From NCBI GenBank assembly GCA_964532555.1, contig CAZHIU010000001.1, positions 4,363 to 68,362 on the forward strand: 64,000 nucleotides of DNA, read 5' to 3'. The translations under genes and the position numbers were made by a program. The DNA comes from an uncultured Microbacterium sp. (GTDB taxonomy: Bacteria > Actinomycetota > Actinomycetes > Actinomycetales > Microbacteriaceae). This document shows positions 1 to 9,829 of the stretch, one piece after another (the first letter of the stretch is position 1; each line of letters starts with the position of its first letter). The notes below the pieces were generated by a model. That model was not told the origin of the DNA. It did not search any database and was given only the letters and a program-made list of their open reading frames with translations.

Positions 1-165
1 GGCGAAAACCCCGCCGCGCACATTCTGAGCCAGGCGAAAGTGGCACTGGTGTCAGGGCCGGCATTCGGTGCCGAGGGCGAAGGTTTCGTGCGCCTCAACT
101 TCGGCACGAGCCCTGAGATTCTCACCGAGGCGATCGTTCGCATCGCGTCTCTGGTCGAGGCGTGA
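1..165 (+). CDS. PatB/MalY-like PLP-dependent aminotransferase/cystathionine beta-lyase, C-terminal fragment (runs off window)
   Basis: Frame 1 reads ...VALVSGPAFGAEGEGFVRLNFGTSPEIL..., a typical class I/II PLP enzyme C-terminus; TGA at 163-165 overlaps the next GTG. Confidence 0.75.
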   Translation, partial: GENPAAHILSQAKVALVSGPAFGAEGEGFVRLNFGTSPEILTEAIVRIASLVEA

Positions 166-1544
166 CCGGCCCGATCCTGCTCCCCGCCGCAGAGACGCGT
201 GGGGGCAGCAAAGGGGTGTGGGGTGCGGACTACCGCTGGGTGACGCTCGGTGCGGTGGCCCTGATCTTCTTGGCGGCGATGCAGTCGCTCGCGGTGACGA
301 CGGTGATGCCGGTGGTCAGCGCCGACCTCGATGGTGAGCGTCTCTATGCGGTCGCTTTTGCGGGGACTCTGGCGACGAGTGTGATCGGCATGGTCGCGGT
401 CGGCGCGTGGTGCGACCGGCGGGGTGTGCTGCTGCCGCTCACCACGGCGGTGCTGCTTTTCGCCTGCGGGCTGTTGCTCTCGGGGCTCGCGCCCACGATG
501 GAGATTCTCGTGCTCGGGCGGCTCGTGCAGGGGCTCGGCGCGGGAGGCCAGACGGTGGCGCTCTATGTCGTGGTCGCGCGGATATACCCGGCGAAGTTGC
601 ACGGACGCGTGTTCGCCGCTTTCTCGGCGGCGTGGGTCATCCCCTCGCTCATCGGGCCGTTTCTCGCCGGGGCCGTCACCGAACTGCTGCACTGGCGGTG
701 GGTCTTTCTGGGCGTTGCGGGTCTGACCTTCCTCGCCTTCGGACTGGTGATCTCTCGCCTGGCCACCTTCGATCTCACGACGCGAGAGCCGTCAACGGCT
801 CGGGTCGCACCGCGCATGGTGCTCGCCCTTGCGGTGGCCATCGGCGCTTTGGCGCTGAGCCTCGCCGGGGGAGCAGGCTCGTGGTCGTGGGCCGTGATCG
901 TTCCCGCCGTCTTGTTGATCGGCTTCGCCGTGCGCCCGCTGCTGCCGCGGGCGACGTTGCGCGCCGGGCGAGGCTTGCCCTCGGTGGTGCTGATGCGTGC
1001 CTTGATCGCCGGCTCGCTTTTCGGTGCCGAGGTGTATCTGCCGAAGATGCTCATCGAAGAGTATGCTTTCTCGCCGGTGTGGGCGGGACTCGGGCTCACC
1101 AGTGCGGCACTCGCCTGGGCGGCGGCGGCAGAAATTCAGGGGCGGATCGGTGACCGCCTGGGCAATAGGCGCATCGTGCTTATCGGCACCTCGTTCGCGT
1201 TGCTCGCCTATACCGCGGCCCTTGCGACGGCGGTGTGGATGTGGCATCCCGCGGTGCTCATCGTTTTCTGGGCGCTGGCGGGTGCGGGGATGGGGTTGAT
1301 CTACCCGCGTCTGACCGTGCTGACGCTGGCGTATTCGACCCCCGCGAACCAGGGCTTCAACTCTTCGGCGCTGTCGATCTCTGACTCCGTCGGCACGGCC
1401 AGCGCCATCGCGGCGATGGGTCTGGTCTTTCTCGCCCTGAGCGCCACGGGCGCGGGGTATATCGCCGTGTTCCTGGTGACGATTGGGCTCTCGCTGCTCT
1501 CGCTCATCCCGGGTCTGCGACTCGGGCACGCGCGCGAGACGTGA
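162..1544 (+). CDS. MFS transporter
   Basis: 460 aa, many TM segments, MFS motif-A-like GAWCDRRG and GRLVQGLGAG. Confidence 0.9.
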   Translation: MTGPILLPAAETRGGSKGVWGADYRWVTLGAVALIFLAAMQSLAVTTVMPVVSADLDGERLYAVAFAGTLATSVIGMVAVGAWCDRRGVLLPLTTAVLLFACGLLLSGLAPTMEILVLGRLVQGLGAGGQTVALYVVVARIYPAKLHGRVFAAFSAAWVIPSLIGPFLAGAVTELLHWRWVFLGVAGLTFLAFGLVISRLATFDLTTREPSTARVAPRMVLALAVAIGALALSLAGGAGSWSWAVIVPAVLLIGFAVRPLLPRATLRAGRGLPSVVLMRALIAGSLFGAEVYLPKMLIEEYAFSPVWAGLGLTSAALAWAAAAEIQGRIGDRLGNRRIVLIGTSFALLAYTAALATAVWMWHPAVLIVFWALAGAGMGLIYPRLTVLTLAYSTPANQGFNSSALSISDSVGTASAIAAMGLVFLALSATGAGYIAVFLVTIGLSLLSLIPGLRLGHARET

Positions 1545-1571
1545 GTCGTGCGCGGGCAGCACGAGCCATCG

Positions 1572-2201
1572 TCAGTGCACGCGACGATCGATCTTTCGCA
1601 CGAGCGCCCACGCTGCGGGAACCAAGAGGGCGGCGGCTGCCGCCTTGATGAGTCCAGGAACGATGAACGGCCACACGCCGAGTTCGAGGGCTGTTGCGAG
1701 GGTGACGGGTGAGCCGACGACGGCGGCGAGAATCAGCATCATATAGGGCACGCCGATGAGGAAGGGGATGATGCTCGCGACGACGAAGCCGGTGAAGGCG
1801 AGCGCGGGCTTGCGGTCCCAGGCGCGCTCGGCGAACCATCCGGCGACGAAAGCGGCCGGGATGAAGCCGATGATGAAGCCGAAAGAGGGCGCGAGCGCAT
1901 AGGCGGGGCCGGCGACGGGGCCGGCGAAGACGGGAGCCCCGGCCAGACCGATGAGCATATAGCTGGTGAGGCTCAGCGCACCGCGCTTTGCCCCGAGTGC
2001 GGCACCCACGATGATGACGCCGAGCGTCTGCCCGGTGATAGGGATGGGGCCGATGAAGAACGACACCTTGGCGAGCACCGCGACGAGGGCCACGCCCGTG
2101 AGCACGAGTGCGGCATCCGTGGCCAGCGCGGTCACGCGATCGCGCGGGCGACCGAAGAGGTCGGCCAGAACGGGGCGACGTGCTGCGGCGATGGTAGACA
2201 T
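1572..2201 (-). CDS. bioY: Biotin transporter BioY
   Basis: PIPITGQTLGV, GLAGAPVFAG and PSFGFIIGF motifs; start moved to ATG at 2201 (MSTIAAARR). Confidence 0.9.
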   Translation of the reverse strand: MSTIAAARRPVLADLFGRPRDRVTALATDAALVLTGVALVAVLAKVSFFIGPIPITGQTLGVIIVGAALGAKRGALSLTSYMLIGLAGAPVFAGPVAGPAYALAPSFGFIIGFIPAAFVAGWFAERAWDRKPALAFTGFVVASIIPFLIGVPYMMLILAAVVGSPVTLATALELGVWPFIVPGLIKAAAAALLVPAAWALVRKIDRRVH

Positions 2202-2312
2202 GCGGCTCCTTGCGGGCTTCCAGGGATGGGCCGGTCGGCTCGACCTATACTCTAAGGTACTGGCCACCCGCCGCACTCTCACTTTTTCCCACACCAAGAA
2301 ACGGCTTTCGCT

Positions 2313-3911
2313 GTGCTCGCCGTGCATGACCTCGAGATTCGCGTAGGCGCCCGACTTCTCATGTCGGGCGTCTCCTTTCGTGTGGCCGGGGGCGACAAGA
2401 TCGGCCTTGTCGGCCGCAATGGGGCGGGCAAGACCACGCTGACGAAGGTGCTCGCTGGCGATCTGATTCCCGCCGCGGGCAAGGTCGAGCGCATCGGCGA
2501 GATCGGCTATCTTCCGCAAGACCCGCGTTCGGGTGACCCCGAGATGCTGGCGCGTACGCGCATCCTCGATGCTCGTGGGCTCGGCTCGTTGACGCTCGGG
2601 ATCGCCGCGTCATCGGTCGAGATGGGGTCGAGCGACCCGCAGATCGCGGCGGCCGCCATGCGTCGCTTCGGCAATCTGACCGAACGTTTCGAGGCACTCG
2701 GGGGCTATGCGGCCGAGGCCGAGGCGGCGGCCATCGCGCACAATCTGTCGCTGCCCGATCGCGTTCTCGATCAGCCGTTGAAGACGCTCTCGGGCGGGCA
2801 GCGCCGCCGCATCGAGCTCGCACGCATCCTGTTCTCCGATGCCGACACGATGATCCTCGATGAGCCGACCAACCACCTCGATGCCGACAGTGTCGTGTGG
2901 CTGCGGGAGTTCCTCAAGAACTATCGCGGGGGGCTCGTCGTCATCAGCCACGATGTCGAACTCGTGGGCGAGACGGTCAACCGCGTGTTCTATCTGGATG
3001 CCAACCGCCAGCTCATCGACATCTACAACATGAACTGGAAGAACTATCTGCGCCAGCGCGTCGCCGACGAAGAGCGCCGCAAGAAGGAACGCGCGAACGC
3101 TGAGAAGAAGGCGACCGCGCTGCAGCAGCAAGCGGCGCGCTTCGGCGCGAAGGCGTCGAAGGCGGCGGCAGCGCACCAGATGGCGGCGCGTGCCGAGAAG
3201 CTGCTTTCGGGACTCGAAGAGGTGCGCCAGGCTGATCGTGTCGCGAAGCTGAGGTTTCCGAAGCCGGCACCCTGCGGCAAGACGCCGCTCATGGCATCCG
3301 GTCTGTCGAAGTCCTATGGTTCGCTCGAGATCTTCACCGATATTGACCTCGCGGTCGATCGCGGGTCAAAAGTCGTGGTCTTGGGGTTGAACGGTGCGGG
3401 CAAGACGACGCTTCTGCGTATTCTCGCGGGCGTTGACCAGCCTGACACCGGGGCGCTCGAACCGGGGCACGGTCTGCGGATCGGCTATTACGCGCAAGAG
3501 CACGAGAACCTCGATGTCGAGCGTTCGGTGCTGGAGAACATGATGGCTGCGGCTCCCGATATCTCGGCGACCGAGGCGCGCAAGGTGCTGGGTTCTTTTC
3601 TCTTCACGGGGGATGACGTGCTCAAGCCTGCCGGTGTGCTTTCGGGGGGTGAGAAGACGCGCCTTTCGCTGGCGACGCTCGTTGTATCGTCGGCGAATCT
3701 CTTGCTGCTTGACGAGCCGACCAACAACCTCGATCCGGCGTCGCGGGAGGAGATTCTGGGTGCGCTGTCGCACTATGAGGGGGCTGTGGTGCTGGTCTCA
3801 CACGATGTGGGCGCGGTCACGGCGCTCAATCCCGAGCGCGTGCTGATTTTGCCTGACGGGGTCGAAGACATCTGGAACGCCGACTATCTCGATCTGATCG
3901 AGCTGGCGTAG
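2313..3911 (+). CDS. ABC-F family ATPase
   Basis: Two ABC domains (GRNGAGKT, GLNGAGKT; LSGG; DEPTN), charged linker, no TM segments. Confidence 0.92.
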   Translation: MLAVHDLEIRVGARLLMSGVSFRVAGGDKIGLVGRNGAGKTTLTKVLAGDLIPAAGKVERIGEIGYLPQDPRSGDPEMLARTRILDARGLGSLTLGIAASSVEMGSSDPQIAAAAMRRFGNLTERFEALGGYAAEAEAAAIAHNLSLPDRVLDQPLKTLSGGQRRRIELARILFSDADTMILDEPTNHLDADSVVWLREFLKNYRGGLVVISHDVELVGETVNRVFYLDANRQLIDIYNMNWKNYLRQRVADEERRKKERANAEKKATALQQQAARFGAKASKAAAAHQMAARAEKLLSGLEEVRQADRVAKLRFPKPAPCGKTPLMASGLSKSYGSLEIFTDIDLAVDRGSKVVVLGLNGAGKTTLLRILAGVDQPDTGALEPGHGLRIGYYAQEHENLDVERSVLENMMAAAPDISATEARKVLGSFLFTGDDVLKPAGVLSGGEKTRLSLATLVVSSANLLLLDEPTNNLDPASREEILGALSHYEGAVVLVSHDVGAVTALNPERVLILPDGVEDIWNADYLDLIELA

Positions 3912-3913
3912 CC

Positions 3914-4720
3914 TCAGCCGTCAAGCAGGGCGTCTTCGGCGGCGGAGTCTCGGTCGCGACGGCGTCGGGGGGAGGGCGCGGGGCGCCCCTCTTTCTCTTC
4001 GCGGGCACGCCTGACCTCGGTGCGGATCACAGAGAAGATGAAGATGAACCCCATGACCGCAAAGAGAATCCACTGGATCGCGTACGACAGGTGGGGGCCG
4101 GGATCTTCGGTCGGTGACGCGAAGAGATAGGGAGCAGTCGGGGCGGCGGGTGACTCTGACACGAGTTGCCCGTACGCAGAGGTGTTGGTCAACGGCCCGG
4201 TCACCTCGGCGATCGTCGGCAGGTGCAGGGTAGCAACCTGGCCCTCGGGCGCGCCGCGCCCGGAGCGCGGCGACTCTTCGCCGGGGCGCAGGCGCACGAC
4301 GATCTCCATCTCGCCCGCGTGGGGCTGGGGCACGGCATCCGGAGCATCGCCTCGACCGGGCGGCACCCACCCACGATTGACGATGATCACCTGGCCGTCA
4401 GCGGTGGCGAAGGGCACGACAACCTCGAAGGCGCGCGTGCCGCCGTGCGGTCGGTTGCGCACGAGAAGCTGGTCGTCGGTGACATAGTGACCGCGCATGC
4501 GCACCTGACGCCACTCATCGGTTGGGATGAACTCGCCACCCGGGGCGATCACTTCTGCGAGCGCGACCGGCGGCTGCCCGTAGTTGGCCTCGACGATGGC
4601 GATCTGGCTTGTGCGCTCGGCGTTGCGCGCAAACTGCCACTGCGACAAAAAAGCGCAGGCGATAGCGAAGGCCACAGCGACGGCGAGGTAGCCGCTCCAG
4701 CGCAGCAGCAGCGATCTCAC
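3914..4720 (-). CDS. SURF1 family protein
   Basis: WQFAR, VNRGWVP and HLSYAIQW motifs; GTG start at 4720 overlaps the upstream stop. Confidence 0.88.
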   Translation of the reverse strand: MRSLLLRWSGYLAVAVAFAIACAFLSQWQFARNAERTSQIAIVEANYGQPPVALAEVIAPGGEFIPTDEWRQVRMRGHYVTDDQLLVRNRPHGGTRAFEVVVPFATADGQVIIVNRGWVPPGRGDAPDAVPQPHAGEMEIVVRLRPGEESPRSGRGAPEGQVATLHLPTIAEVTGPLTNTSAYGQLVSESPAAPTAPYLFASPTEDPGPHLSYAIQWILFAVMGFIFIFSVIRTEVRRAREEKEGRPAPSPRRRRDRDSAAEDALLDG

Positions 4721-5040
4721 TCCCGCGCCTCGGGAACCGAGATGATCCGCACGGTCGCTTCGCCAGTAGTTGGGGATGCGTCGATGGCCCTTGTCGGTGC
4801 CTCGACCGGGTCGCCCGAGGTGCTGCGGCTCGCGTTCGCGATCACGACGGCGATATAGGGCAGCACCATCGCACCGAGTGCAAACAGCCAGGTGTACCAG
4901 GAATAGGGGGTGACCAGCACGGCCAGGGCGAAGCACAGCATCCGGATCGACATCGTGATCGCATAGCTGCGCACCCTCATGCGGCTCTCTTCGAGGGGCG
5001 ATTGCGGCACCGAAGTGACCGAAAGGGCTGAACGCTTCAC
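4717..5040 (-). CDS. DUF3099 family small membrane protein
   Basis: YAITMSIR...LPYIAVVIAN signature; usual position between SURF1 and fabG. Confidence 0.8.
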   Translation of the reverse strand: MKRSALSVTSVPQSPLEESRMRVRSYAITMSIRMLCFALAVLVTPYSWYTWLFALGAMVLPYIAVVIANASRSTSGDPVEAPTRAIDASPTTGEATVRIISVPEARE

Positions 5041-5079
5041 AGTGCTTCCAGCCTACGCGCGTCGCGGGGGAACGAGCGG

Positions 5080-5523
5080 TTAGCGGTACCCACCCGGAAG
5101 GGATGCGAACAGCGGAAGCAAGAATGCGAAGAACATGATGATGAAGAGCACGCCGAACACGACTCCCACATAGCCCATGATGAGACCGGCCAGAGCCATT
5201 CCCCTGCCCTGCTCGCCACTGGTCTTGAGCTTGCCGAGTGCAATGTGACCGGTGATGATGGCCGCAATCGAGGCGATCACCGGGAAGAGCACGATGCCCG
5301 CGATGCCCGCGATCATCGACACGACCGCGAGGGTGTTGGTGGGGGCCGAGGGTGCGTAGGCCTGGCCCGCGGCAGGGTAGGCGGCGTATCCGGGGGCAGG
5401 CGGTGCGGCGTATCCGGGTGCCGGTGCCTGACCGGGGTATCCGGGTGCCGCCGTGGGCGCGGCGTATGCCGGCGGCGGTGCCTGCTCGGAGGGAGGGGTC
5501 TGACCGCTGTTGTCGTTGCTCAC
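5080..5523 (-). CDS. DUF4190 domain membrane protein with Pro/Ala/Tyr-rich N-terminus
   Basis: TNTLAVVSM...GHIAL...GRGMALAGLIMG; GTG at 5523 preceded by AAAGG. Confidence 0.8.
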   Translation of the reverse strand: MSNDNSGQTPPSEQAPPPAYAAPTAAPGYPGQAPAPGYAAPPAPGYAAYPAAGQAYAPSAPTNTLAVVSMIAGIAGIVLFPVIASIAAIITGHIALGKLKTSGEQGRGMALAGLIMGYVGVVFGVLFIIMFFAFLLPLFASLPGGYR

Positions 5524-5639
5524 GGGAGTGCCTTTCGCTTGGTAACTACCATGTTTGCTCGCCAAAGGGGGAGTGTCAAACCCTTTCGGCTCGCTAGGCT
5601 GGCTGGGTAGGCATCCCACATCTTGAAGGAGGTTCGATC

Positions 5640-6350
5640 ATGAGCGAAGGTCGCGTTGTGCTGGTCACCGGCGGCAACCGCGGGATCGGATTCGCGATCG
5701 CCGAACGCTTTGTGCGCGAGGGGTATCGGGTCGCGGTCACGGCGCGCAGCGGTGAGGGGCCGGCGGGTTCGTTGACGGTGCGTGCTGATGTCACCGATGC
5801 TGCCTCGGTCGATGCTGCCTTCAGCGAGATCGAGACGCAGTTCGGCCCGGTGGAGATTCTCGTGGCGAATGCGGGCATCACCAAAGACACCCTGCTATTG
5901 CGCATGAGCGAAGACGACTTCGACAGCGTCGTGGCAACGAACCTCGGCGGTTCGTTCCGCGTGGTCAAGCGTGCCTCAAAGGCGATGCTGCGCGCCCGCT
6001 TCGGTCGCATCATTCTGATTTCCAGCGTCGTGGGCCTCTATGGCTCGGCGGGGCAGAGCAACTATGCCGCCTCGAAGAGCGCGCTGGTCGGCTTTGCGCG
6101 TTCTCTGACTCGCGAACTGGGCGGTCGGGGCATCACCGCCAATGTGGTGGCCCCCGGTTTCATCGAAACCGATATGACCGCGCAACTGCCCGAAGAGACC
6201 CAGGCGCAGTATATGGCGAGCATTCCCGCGGGGCGTTTCGCTACCGCCGAAGAGGTTGCCGGGGTGGTCACCTGGCTGGCGGGCGAGGATGCCGCCTACA
6301 TCTCCGGTGCGGTCATCCCCGTCGACGGTGGTCTCGGGATGGGGCACTAG
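5640..6350 (+). CDS. fabG: 3-oxoacyl-ACP reductase
   Basis: TGGNRGIG, NAGITKD, NYAASK and PGFIETDMT motifs. Confidence 0.92.
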   Translation: MSEGRVVLVTGGNRGIGFAIAERFVREGYRVAVTARSGEGPAGSLTVRADVTDAASVDAAFSEIETQFGPVEILVANAGITKDTLLLRMSEDDFDSVVATNLGGSFRVVKRASKAMLRARFGRIILISSVVGLYGSAGQSNYAASKSALVGFARSLTRELGGRGITANVVAPGFIETDMTAQLPEETQAQYMASIPAGRFATAEEVAGVVTWLAGEDAAYISGAVIPVDGGLGMGH

Positions 6351-6356
6351 GCGTTT

Positions 6357-7553
6357 CTAGTCGCGCAGCGCCGTAGCGACATCCAGGCGCGCGGCCACGA
6401 GCGCCGGCACGATCGAGCCGATCAGCGTGGTCGCTGCCGCAGCCACCGTGCCCCACACGATCGCTACCCAGGGGATGCCGGGCGGCTCGATGGCGGTGTA
6501 TGCGGGGATCAGCGGAGGCACGAATTGCAGCACGGCCCAGATGGCTATCGCCGCGGCGATGAGGGCGGCGACCAGGCCGATCAGTAGCGCGGCGACCAGT
6601 ACCTGCCCGATGATTCCGGCGCGGGTCGCGCCGAGAGCGCGCCGCACGACGAGTTCGCGACTGCGTTCTGAGATGCTGGCGAGCCCGATATTGAGAATGC
6701 CCACGGCAGAGACGAGCAGTGCCAGGCCCGCGGCGGCCAAGAAGGCGAGTTGTTGTATGCGCAGTTGTGCGAGCACCGAGTCGATCTGATCGGCGCGTTG
6801 GATGCGATCCTGACCGAGTGTCGTGCCTGCCGCGCGCGCGATTGCTCGTGCCGTGTCAAGAATCGCCGGTTGCGAGGCCGTGCGGTGGTGCAGCAGCACC
6901 GACACGGAGGTGTCGGCGTTGAAGATCACCGCATTGTGGTGCAGCAGGGCGGCGAGGGGAACGAAGATGGTCTCATCGTTGGTTCCATCGGCGACAACCC
7001 CCACGATTCGGCCGTGGATGGGTGCGGAGTCCGGCGAGGCGACCAGGGCGATTTCGGTGCCGACACCCCCCCGGTTGATCGCGGCACGGGAGTTCACGAC
7101 CAGTTCCAAGGGGTAGGCGCTGTTCGGGTCGTACCAGCGTCCGTCAAGCAACGGCAGACGTCGCACGTCGTGAATGTCTCCCGCGGTGAAGGCGAAAAAT
7201 GCGCGGTGCGCGGGGAGCCCCCAAAGCACATCGCTGGAGTATCCGAGCCCGGCGGCGTCGTTCGTGTGCAGAAAGATCGCGATCCCTCCGCCGCTGTGGG
7301 TGAGGGGTTCGGCGGCCTTGATCATGCGCTCGAAGGTGGCGGCGTCGACGGTCACGTCGTGAAGGGTTGCCGTGTAGGTGGCGCGTTTGCCGCTGGTCTG
7401 TTCGGATGCGGCGATGAACACTTCGGCGGTGATCTGACTGATGGTGAAGATCGCGACCACGGCCAGCACCCCGACGACGAGGCTGAGCCCTGAGAGCACG
7501 GCACGAAAGGGGTGGGCGGCGAGTTCGGCCAGGCCGTGTGTGATGGTGCGCAT
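6357..7553 (-). CDS. MacB/FtsX-type ABC transporter permease
   Basis: N-terminal TM, extracytoplasmic domain, GILNIGLASISERSRELVVRRALGA motif, three C-terminal TMs. Confidence 0.88.
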   Translation of the reverse strand: MRTITHGLAELAAHPFRAVLSGLSLVVGVLAVVAIFTISQITAEVFIAASEQTSGKRATYTATLHDVTVDAATFERMIKAAEPLTHSGGGIAIFLHTNDAAGLGYSSDVLWGLPAHRAFFAFTAGDIHDVRRLPLLDGRWYDPNSAYPLELVVNSRAAINRGGVGTEIALVASPDSAPIHGRIVGVVADGTNDETIFVPLAALLHHNAVIFNADTSVSVLLHHRTASQPAILDTARAIARAAGTTLGQDRIQRADQIDSVLAQLRIQQLAFLAAAGLALLVSAVGILNIGLASISERSRELVVRRALGATRAGIIGQVLVAALLIGLVAALIAAAIAIWAVLQFVPPLIPAYTAIEPPGIPWVAIVWGTVAAAATTLIGSIVPALVAARLDVATALRD

Positions 7554-8290
7554 CAGACCGTCGCCTCCGAGACCACGAGACCGCCGCTCAGATGCACGGT
7601 GCGATCCATGCGCGCGGCGATGACGGGGTCATGGGTGACCACGACCAATGCGCAGCCGCGCACACGGCATGCGTCGATAAGAGCATCGAGCACGAGCGCA
7701 GCGGTGTCGACATCCAGGGCGCCGGTGGGCTCGTCGGCGAGAATCAGCGAGGGTTCGCGGATGAGGGCGCGCGCGATGGCCACCCTTTGTTGCTCGCCGC
7801 CAGAGAGGTGTTTCGGGCGCGCTTTGGCTTTGTCGGCGAGCCCCACAAGTGCCAGGCTGTCACGCACGCGCGCACGCCGGTGGGCGACGGCGCGTGTGCC
7901 GTATCGCAGTGGCAGTTCGACGTTCTGGTAGGCGGTGAGGTGCCGAATCAGCGAGTACGACTGAAAGACGAAACCGATGGTGCGGTTGCGAAAGGCACTG
8001 CGTGCGCGGTCGCTGAGTGTTCGCGCTTCGGTTCCGAGAATGCTGACCGTGCCCGAAGTCGGCCGACTGAGCAGTCCGAAGATCGCCAAGAGGGTGGTCT
8101 TGCCGGAGCCTGATCGCCCCATGATCGCGATCTTCTCGCCGGGCATGACGGTCACATCCACACCACCGAGAATCAGCAACGTCTTGCCGTCGGGCTGCCG
8201 CACCTCACGCACGATGCCTTGGGCCACGAGCACCGGGGTCGCGCTGCCGGTGGTGGTGGTCGATGACGGGGCCCGATCACGGCGCGGCAT
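7553..8290 (-). CDS. LolD/MacB-type ABC ATPase
   Basis: GRSGSGKT, GFVFQSY, LSGGEQQR, LADEPTGALD; ATG at 8290 coupled to the upstream stop. Confidence 0.92.
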   Translation of the reverse strand: MPRRDRAPSSTTTTGSATPVLVAQGIVREVRQPDGKTLLILGGVDVTVMPGEKIAIMGRSGSGKTTLLAIFGLLSRPTSGTVSILGTEARTLSDRARSAFRNRTIGFVFQSYSLIRHLTAYQNVELPLRYGTRAVAHRRARVRDSLALVGLADKAKARPKHLSGGEQQRVAIARALIREPSLILADEPTGALDVDTAALVLDALIDACRVRGCALVVVTHDPVIAARMDRTVHLSGGLVVSEATV

Positions 8291-9159
8291 CAGGGCACAA
8301 TCTCTTGGGCGAGATTCGGGCCGTGGGGCAGCACGCGGTCGCCGTCGTTGAGGCCCGCGCGCACTTCGACCCACACGCCGTCAGAGATTCCGAGTTCGAC
8401 CTCGACGATGCGGGTGCCCTCGGTGGTGACGAGGGCGACCTGCCCGAACTCGGTGCTGCCCGCCACCGCACCGATCGGCAGCCGCAGCGCGTTCTCGGCG
8501 ACGCCGGTGTCGAGGGCGATCTTGCCACGCATTCCGGCGATGAGCCCCGCGCGGTCGTCGATCAGGCACAGAATGGTCAGCATGGGGATGCTGACACCCG
8601 AGGTGCTGGGCGCCGAGGGTGGTCGAGGGGTATATGGTGAGCATTCGCTGACACCGGCTGCGCCATCGAACTGCACCCGAGCGCGGCTTGGTTCTTCGTA
8701 GAGACGGAATGCCTGTTCGATGGGCACATCTGCGAACGCTCCGAAGCCGCCATAGCGCAGAACGACCACCGGTACGCCCTGGTTCACGGTCGCCCCGGCG
8801 GCGAGCCATTCGACGATGATCGCGTCGGTGGGCGCACGCAGTTCTCGCCCGCCCATCCATCCGATGAGCTGACCTTCTTTGACGGCTGTGCCGGGGGTCG
8901 CGGTGCGCGCGCTTTGCACCGTCGCACGTTGCTCGGCCACTAAGACGTATTCGGGGCCGGCGACAGCTTCGGCGGTGAAGGTGACGACCGAGATGATCGT
9001 GCCGCGCGAAACCGTTGTGGGCTCCACGGGCAGGGGGGTGACCGCCACGCCGGTGCCGAGCGTGTCGAGCGTGAGCCCGCAGCCGCTCAACAGCACGGTC
9101 AGCATCAGCGCGGGTATCGCCCAATGTCGTTTTCGCGTCGATTCAGGGGATCGAGTCAT
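8290..9159 (-). CDS. Membrane-fusion/adaptor-like lipoprotein of ABC exporter
   Basis: Lipobox LSGC; C-terminal VEVELGISDGVWVEVRAGLNDGDRV typical of MacA-like adaptors; probably leaderless (TAACGT 6 nt upstream of ATG). Confidence 0.8.
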   Translation of the reverse strand: MTRSPESTRKRHWAIPALMLTVLLSGCGLTLDTLGTGVAVTPLPVEPTTVSRGTIISVVTFTAEAVAGPEYVLVAEQRATVQSARTATPGTAVKEGQLIGWMGGRELRAPTDAIIVEWLAAGATVNQGVPVVVLRYGGFGAFADVPIEQAFRLYEEPSRARVQFDGAAGVSECSPYTPRPPSAPSTSGVSIPMLTILCLIDDRAGLIAGMRGKIALDTGVAENALRLPIGAVAGSTEFGQVALVTTEGTRIVEVELGISDGVWVEVRAGLNDGDRVLPHGPNLAQEIVP

Positions 9160-9294
9160 GCGGTCACGTTATGGCGAGGTGCGACGTTCGCGAGTGCGAC
9201 ACGCGCGTTGCGAGATCTTTGCATCCGGAATGTTCTCTGATGGGCTGACATGCCGAAAAAAGATGCAGTTTTTCATCACGTTCTGGCAAATATG

Positions 9295-9324
9295 TGCAAG
9301 GTTTTGCGTCTTGCCGTCCGTCTA
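9295..9324 (+). promoter_or_regulatory. Putative ECF sigma promoter TGCAAGG-N17-CGTCTA (copy 1)
   Basis: Same motif and spacing recur at 21206-21235(-) and 21303-21332(+); lies ~100 nt upstream of the 9425 ORF. Confidence 0.7.
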
Positions 9325-9424
9325 CATAGTGAAAGACTGCGTCACCTTTCGCTCGCGCGAGACATGGCGCAACATCACCACCCGGATGCGAGTGACCGCA
9401 TCCGGTCCACCTAAGGAGAAACGC

Positions 9425-9829
9425 ATGAAGAGGTTGAAGAAAGCAACGATCATGTTCGCCACGGCGGGCTTGCTCACCTTCTGGATCGCCGCACCCGCGC
9501 AGGCGGCTACGGAGTCTATATGGGGCAATCAGTGTGAAACGGGCTGGAAGAACTACACGGTGAACCGTGAGACAACGCCCGAAGGTGTGAAGTTCACCCC
9601 GACCGACATGTTCCGCTGGCAGACCTCACCCATTTTGGAGCGGTTGACTTTGCGTCTGAATCATCCGAACAACACGCCGTTGAGCGCCGCGAAAGCATGG
9701 GAGACGGGCGATGCGGGGCAGAAGTCAATCGTTACCGGACTTGTGACCGGCACGAAGTTCCGGATGGCGTCGACGGGGTATAGCCCGTCGGTGGGGGATT
9801 GTGATTGGGCGGGTTCGCTTGTCTATTAG
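9425..9829 (+). CDS. Small secreted protein (134 aa, Sec signal ending AQA, two Cys)
   Basis: RBS AAGGAG, ATG at 9425, MKRLKK n-region, hydrophobic core, PAQA cleavage site; no recognisable family. Confidence 0.8.
   Translation: MKRLKKATIMFATAGLLTFWIAAPAQAATESIWGNQCETGWKNYTVNRETTPEGVKFTPTDMFRWQTSPILERLTLRLNHPNNTPLSAAKAWETGDAGQKSIVTGLVTGTKFRMASTGYSPSVGDCDWAGSLVY

Noticed and set aside
5380-5480. Short GC-rich repeats (APGY units)
   Set aside because: Low-complexity Pro/Ala/Tyr coding region of the DUF4190 protein; no CRISPR repeat-spacer structure was seen anywhere in the window
8879-9424. N-terminal extension of the 316-aa ORF in the track
   Set aside because: Overlaps the opposite-strand adaptor gene and the promoter; the RBS and signal peptide place the start at 9425
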